Sequence record: SRR20825010_719
Direction: 5' to 3' (one strand)
DNA: 49,777 nucleotides
Below are positions 45,756-49,777 of this stretch, one piece after another (positions within the stretch are counted from its first letter, which is position 1; each line of letters opens with the position of its first letter). The notes under the pieces were generated by a model. It was given only the letters and a program-made list of their open reading frames with translations. It searched no databases and had not been told where the DNA came from. The translations under genes were made by a program, and so were the position numbers.

Positions 45756-46952
45756 TTATTTTACTTTCTGTAATTCATAATCATAGTGTTGAACTTTAGG
45801 TTTTGCTAATTTTAGATAGTGTCCTATCTGTTGGATTAGATTATTTTCATCTCTTTTTGGATCTGAAATAACAATCCAAATATTATGAATTAGAGCAGCT
45901 GCTTCTCTTAGCAACTGGTCAAGTTCTGTACATTCCAAAGGGGGAAACCCATTTTCCAATGGGTTGTTAATGAGAAAGTCAAAATCAATCTCTTTTGTAA
46001 GAATGTATTTTTTAAGATTACCGAAATTCCGATTCTGTTCAAACTGTTGATAGGCAGAACTTAATTCATCATAGAGCTTCTTAATGGACAGATATAATTC
46101 AGCAGCCATTTTAAGATATTCACCTTTAGAAAATTCATTTTCAGATACCGCAGTTGAATGTGTATCCCATTTTATGGCAATGTCATCTACCTCTTCATCA
46201 GCTTTGAATGGGTCAAGTTTGAATTCACAGTCTTCAACATTCCAAATTGCTCTACAAAAGGTTAGCCCTCGATTTACTTGTTGAATACTATCGTAGAAAA
46301 AAATGAATACTATTTCTGCTTCTTTACCTTCATACTGAGTTCTAGTTATTTCGTTTCGATGGTAGTCACTCCTTTTAAATTTTTCAATGATTTCAGGAAT
46401 CATTTTTTTCATAGCAATTCGACTTTTTGCATGAGTACCTTCCACCAAAATACTTACATCAACTCTTCTTGCAGCAACATGAGAAATGTCACCAACATGC
46501 ATTACAACATAGTGATTAGGGTTGTGGTATATTTTTTTCAGATCTTCCTTTGACCTCTCTAGTAATTGATTTTTTGGTATTTCAATTTTCCACCCTTTAC
46601 CTGTCTTCATCGTATTAGATGGGCTTACCAATTGCCAAAAAACACTATTGAAGTTTGGTTCATAGATTAGAATTAGTACTGGAAGAGATTGACTCAACCA
46701 ATATTCCAAATGCTTGTTTTCACCTCTGTAGATGTAACCAGTTTCCGTTTGTTCTTTAAAATAGCTGCTTCCGCTCTTGATTTGAATAGCAAATATTTGT
46801 CCTGTTGGAATCCCCTCATTCACTATTTCAACATGCATGTCTATTCCTACATCAGATATAGGTTGTTCCCTTTCAATCCAGCCAAATTCCTCCAAGAAAA
46901 TCAATGCTGATCGATGCAAGCCAATTCTCTCGGTGGGGTCAAAAAGTTTCAT
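45756..46952 (-). CDS. DUF4365-type PD-(D/E)xK nuclease-domain protein (gene cassette 1)
   Basis: N-terminal GWIEREQPISDVGIDMHVE...IFAIQIKSG...HLEYW...LPVLI; unknown C-terminal region. Confidence 0.8.
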   Translation of the reverse strand: MKLFDPTERIGLHRSALIFLEEFGWIEREQPISDVGIDMHVEIVNEGIPTGQIFAIQIKSGSSYFKEQTETGYIYRGENKHLEYWLSQSLPVLILIYEPNFNSVFWQLVSPSNTMKTGKGWKIEIPKNQLLERSKEDLKKIYHNPNHYVVMHVGDISHVAARRVDVSILVEGTHAKSRIAMKKMIPEIIEKFKRSDYHRNEITRTQYEGKEAEIVFIFFYDSIQQVNRGLTFCRAIWNVEDCEFKLDPFKADEEVDDIAIKWDTHSTAVSENEFSKGEYLKMAAELYLSIKKLYDELSSAYQQFEQNRNFGNLKKYILTKEIDFDFLINNPLENGFPPLECTELDQLLREAAALIHNIWIVISDPKRDENNLIQQIGHYLKLAKPKVQHYDYELQKVK

Positions 46953-46973
46953 AAGTTAAGGTTTGCAGATATT

Positions 46974-47020
46974 GCTGGTAACGTTATATATCCACCACAT
47001 TTGTAGCGCATACATCTCCT
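46974..47020 (-). mobile_element. Putative attI-like site at the head of the array
   Basis: Minus strand ...GGAGATGTATGCGCTACAAATGTGGTGGATATATAAC|GTTACCAGC; GTT core complementary to R'' of cassette 1, no attC partner arm upstream, about 90 bp downstream of the integrase remnant. Confidence 0.55.
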
Positions 47021-47031
47021 GTAATTTATTA

Positions 47032-47076
47032 AAACTTCCTTATCGCATCCAAATATTGGTCGCTATAAGGAAGTTT
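47032..47076. repeat. 12-bp inverted repeat / hairpin directly after the integrase remnant stop
   Basis: AAACTTCCTTAT (47032-47043) and ATAAGGAAGTTT (47065-47076) with an inner CCAA-ata-TTGG. Confidence 0.75.
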
Positions 47077-47158
47077 ATTGAAGGTTTATTTTGTCTAATG
47101 GTGATTTTATATTTCCCCAACCCTTATGAGTTACATGAGCATGCCTCAAAGTCTCGGG
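47075..47158 (-). pseudogene. 3' remnant of an integron-integrase-like tyrosine recombinase
   Basis: Manual translation PETLRHAHVTHKGWGNIKSPLDKINLQ*; resembles the TxxYTHV...(I/V)xSPLD C-terminus of IntI-like integrases; in-frame TAG immediately upstream. Confidence 0.7.
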
Positions 47159-47218
47159 CTAGGGATGCAACAGCCAACGAAAATTATTAGGGGTAGGGAA
47201 GAGTGTTGTTTTTATGTG

Positions 47219-47249
47219 GCTTGTTGGTTAAGAATACCAAGAAGGGCGG
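47219..47249. repeat. REP-like hairpin, degenerate copy
   Basis: GCTTGTTGGTTAAGAATACCAAGAAGGGCGG, similar to 48081-48110; 10 bp after the stop of the XRE gene. Confidence 0.7.
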
Positions 47250-47259
47250 GCCAGTTGTT

Positions 47260-47925
47260 TCAGAAGTTAAATGAACGTTCCTGTTTTTTCATTCTCATAT
47301 CCATTATGATTCCAATTCCGATGAATACTAAGGCCGCTGAAACCACACCAATTTTAATACTATAGTCTATGTTCTTTTGAACAGTAAAGCCAATAGCGAA
47401 TGACAGTCCAAAACTGGCTGCCCAAGTGGTATAATAATTATTGGGCACGAAATGTAATTTGTTTTTCAAGTACTTTTTAAACTTCGCGAGCTTCTGTTTA
47501 AACATCTCATTGCTAAATGAGGGTATTTTTTCGAGTTCTAAATACTGAATGTAACTTTCAATTCCTTCCATCTGCTCAGCACTTAAATCCTTTTCTTTTA
47601 GCTTCTGCAAAAGGCCTATGAATTTTTCAAATGTTTGGATTTCCGATTTCTCATTGGTCTTTGAAAGTTGCTTTTTAAGGAAAATTATAGTGGCCTTTAA
47701 ATCGGTGGTTTCCGTAATTAAGTTTGGTCCGATTAATTCTGTCAATTCAACATCTAAGGCGATTGCTATTCTTTTAATCGTTTCTCCTGTTGGTTCCGAT
47801 TCATTGTTTTCAATTCTTTGGATTGTCCTCAAACCTACTCGTGATTCTTCAGCTAAGTATTCTTGAGACATTCCTCTAACTCCTCTTAACTGCTTCAGTT
47901 TTTTTGCTAAATCTTGTGTTTCCAT
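47260..47925 (-). CDS. XRE-family HTH regulator with two C-terminal TM helices
   Basis: LKQLR..RGMSQEYLAEES.VGLRTIQRIENNESEP; hydrophobic C-terminus; ATG at 47925 preferred because a TACTTTTG -7 element lies at 47949-47956. Confidence 0.85.
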   Translation of the reverse strand: METQDLAKKLKQLRGVRGMSQEYLAEESRVGLRTIQRIENNESEPTGETIKRIAIALDVELTELIGPNLITETTDLKATIIFLKKQLSKTNEKSEIQTFEKFIGLLQKLKEKDLSAEQMEGIESYIQYLELEKIPSFSNEMFKQKLAKFKKYLKNKLHFVPNNYYTTWAASFGLSFAIGFTVQKNIDYSIKIGVVSAALVFIGIGIIMDMRMKKQERSFNF

Positions 47926-47948
47926 TTCAATGTTATTTATTGTTTCAG

Positions 47949-48008
47949 CAAAAGTAGATCGGAAACATATTTGCTGGTTACGCCAAGTTGACGTCATCTT
48001 TACGCCAA
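47949..48008 (-). promoter_or_regulatory. Promoter (-7 TACTTTTG) with upstream direct-repeat operator-like sites
   Basis: TTGGCGTAA repeated at 47978-47986 and 48000-48008 (22-bp spacing) with TGACGTCA between them. Confidence 0.55.
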
Positions 48009-48080
48009 TTGGTTACAACGTTGGCTAGCGCTCACTTTAAAGTTAATTGTTTAGGGATAACCTGCCTAGTGCTGCTATTT

Positions 48081-48110
48081 GCTTGTTGGTGAAAACACCA
48101 ACAAGGGCGG
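48081..48110. repeat. REP-like hairpin, intact copy
   Basis: G-CTTGTTGGTG-aaaa-CACCAACAAG-GGCGG: perfect 10-bp stem, 20 bp after the serine hydrolase stop. Confidence 0.75.
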
Positions 48111-48130
48111 CTGGGTGGAGGGATTACATT

Positions 48131-49168
48131 TTATGAGTCTTTTCCACGCCTCAGTATTTTTACTATTCGAGCATGTATAATGTCCGCTAAATTCCAGTTG
48201 TATAATTTCGGGTCAGTGGTGTTTGTAAATTGAATCACCACCGCATCGATGTCTTTGTGGTATTTGGCAATACTCTGATAGCCAGGGACCCATCCCTTAT
48301 GCTCATACTCGTAAATGGATGAATAGATGTCTTGCTCTCCTTCATCAAACAATGACCCATCGTTGAGTGCCCTCAAGAAAATACCCACATCCTGCGCTGA
48401 AGCCAACATTCCTTGTTTGTCGGTCTTTAAATCAAAGGGATGGCCGACATGATAACCACTCATTACATCGTCTATATTCACATCCTCCACAGAAGCAAAA
48501 GTGTTTTTGAGTTGAAGTCGGTTGAGGATTTCTTCCTGAATGAATTGAAAATGAGGGTAGCCTAGCACTTTATCCATGATTTTGGCAAGCAATAAATAAT
48601 TGGTATTGCTGTATTCATAGTCCTTATCGGGTTTGAAATTGGCGGGCTTACCAAGTACTAATTCGAGGTTTTCTTTGCTGCTTTCTTTTGGAGCAGACCA
48701 ATAATCTGGTGTGTCTGTATAATTGGGAATGCCACTTCTGTGCTGCACCATCATCCTCAAGGTGATCTTGTCCGCGTTTTCGATGCCGCCTACAAGTGCT
48801 GGAAGGTAGTCAGCTAGCGTTTTATCCAACGACAAACGTCCGTCAGCCACAAGTTTTGAGATGGACACTGCGGTATATAGCTTGCTCACACTGGCGAGTT
48901 TGAATAAGGCCTGTGGGTTGGCAGGGATTTTTTTCTCTCTATCATGCCAGCCAGCTGCATAAAATGCTGGTGCTTTGCCTGCTTCGTCTACATAGACAAT
49001 TATGCCTTCGAAATCATAATCAAGGGCTTCGTTTACTTGTTCTTGAACGGTATCTGGGACAGGTAGGATCCAAGCCCAAACTAAAATCCAAGGCACGAAA
49101 AACAAAGAGACTATGCTGGCAGTAATCAGGGCTATTTTGAAAATTTGCTTGTTCTTTTTTTTCGTCAT
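48131..49168 (-). CDS. Serine hydrolase, beta-lactamase class C / DD-peptidase family
   Basis: SxxK (FKLASVSK), HRSGI, YxN (YEYSNTNY), HKG; N-terminal membrane anchor. Confidence 0.9.
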   Translation of the reverse strand: MTKKKNKQIFKIALITASIVSLFFVPWILVWAWILPVPDTVQEQVNEALDYDFEGIIVYVDEAGKAPAFYAAGWHDREKKIPANPQALFKLASVSKLYTAVSISKLVADGRLSLDKTLADYLPALVGGIENADKITLRMMVQHRSGIPNYTDTPDYWSAPKESSKENLELVLGKPANFKPDKDYEYSNTNYLLLAKIMDKVLGYPHFQFIQEEILNRLQLKNTFASVEDVNIDDVMSGYHVGHPFDLKTDKQGMLASAQDVGIFLRALNDGSLFDEGEQDIYSSIYEYEHKGWVPGYQSIAKYHKDIDAVVIQFTNTTDPKLYNWNLADIIHARIVKILRRGKDS

Positions 49169-49229
49169 GCTATTTCAGGTTGGTTTTATTAGGGTGGATG
49201 TAAGGGTGAGTATTTGGTTTACCAGCTTT

Positions 49230-49664
49230 TTACAACTTTATCCAATCCAGTTCAACTAATATTTCAAAATCGCCTTGTTTCATTATTGGGGTTTGAAATG
49301 ATAGCGTTTTATCATTCATTTGAAATGTCCTGTAGTGTTCTTTGTTTTTCCAATTAGGCAATAGAGAAGTAATTACTTCAACATAGATTCTGTCGTTTTC
49401 TATTTTCCATTTCCCTGCATAGGACAGATATGTTTCAATGGCATTAATTTTTTCTTCCTCAGACGACATTTGCAGTGATTCGATCTCAAAGTTGATTCTG
49501 TTGTCTGTCATTATTGATACAGACATAAATCCATCAGCACTAAAAATTAAAATTCCGATGGGTGCTTTTCCATAAGGGAAAATAGATTTGTTTACCGTCA
49601 AATTTTTCAATTCAAAATTATTCAGCTTCCAACTTCCGATTATTTGCTGTTGAGGAGTGCTCAT
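49230..49664 (-). CDS. Lipocalin-like domain protein
   Basis: IIGSWKL, PYGKAPIGILIFSADGFMSV, SYAGKW. Confidence 0.8.
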   Translation of the reverse strand: MSTPQQQIIGSWKLNNFELKNLTVNKSIFPYGKAPIGILIFSADGFMSVSIMTDNRINFEIESLQMSSEEEKINAIETYLSYAGKWKIENDRIYVEVITSLLPNWKNKEHYRTFQMNDKTLSFQTPIMKQGDFEILVELDWIKL

Positions 49665-49777
49665 TGATTCTGTTTTAAATTTGGCCAGAACGCCTATTTT
49701 ACAAAAAGTGAGAGATGACTAGTCACATAAAAGAATGTCAAGCTCAATTTAAAGTTAAGCCTTTAGTAATAAATGTC

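Noticed and set aside
44746-46952. Two-gene nuclease plus HEPN operon or toxin-antitoxin pair
   Set aside because: Each gene has its own cassette boundaries, so adjacency is better explained by sequential insertion; co-occurrence elsewhere would reopen this.
47169-47178. AACAGCCAAC as another recombination core
   Set aside because: No complementary partner or associated gene found.
46963-47365. Plus-strand ORFs of 75 and 79 aa
   Set aside because: No motifs; they run antisense across the attI-like site, integrase remnant, REP hairpin and the XRE gene end.
47219-48110. CRISPR repeats
   Set aside because: Only two imperfect copies about 860 bp apart, no regular spacers and no cas genes.

Overview
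AT-rich chromosomal window from a Bacteroidota bacterium, probably Cytophagales-like (inferred from gene content and TAnnTTTG -7 promoter elements). About 0.85-36.6 kb is mostly core genes: aconitase, an AtoE-type transporter, a hybrid kinase with a sigma-54 response regulator, a VPS10/BNR-repeat protein, an XRE/S24 'non-canonical LexA' with a CTAA-N5-TTAG box, menI-menF-menD and menE, Nif3 plus a zinc-ribbon protein, lpxK, a porin, an ABC permease, rsmG, an ECF sigma factor, a GT2, and tgt-lptF/G-EamA. 36.6-44.5 kb is a formate/C1 operon (fhs-fdhD-orf120-fused FdsG/B-FdsA-mobA) with a perfect LacI/PurR-type palindrome upstream. The most notable signal is a decayed integron-like locus at 44.7-47.2 kb on the minus strand, which the ORF track does not show. 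It has a 27-codon remnant ending HVTHKGWGNIKSPLD (integron-integrase-like C-terminus) in the same orientation as the cassettes, an attI-like site, and two single-gene cassettes (a DUF4365-type nuclease and a HEPN-like protein). Each cassette is bracketed by its own perfect 9-10 bp GTT.../...AAC inverted core, with a non-canonical attC-like element between them. Weaker cassette scars and REP-like hairpins occur at 47.2-49.7 kb and at the far left (1-745, another HEPN-like gene). No rRNA, tRNA or CRISPR array was recognised. All family assignments come from motif recognition by eye, not database searches.
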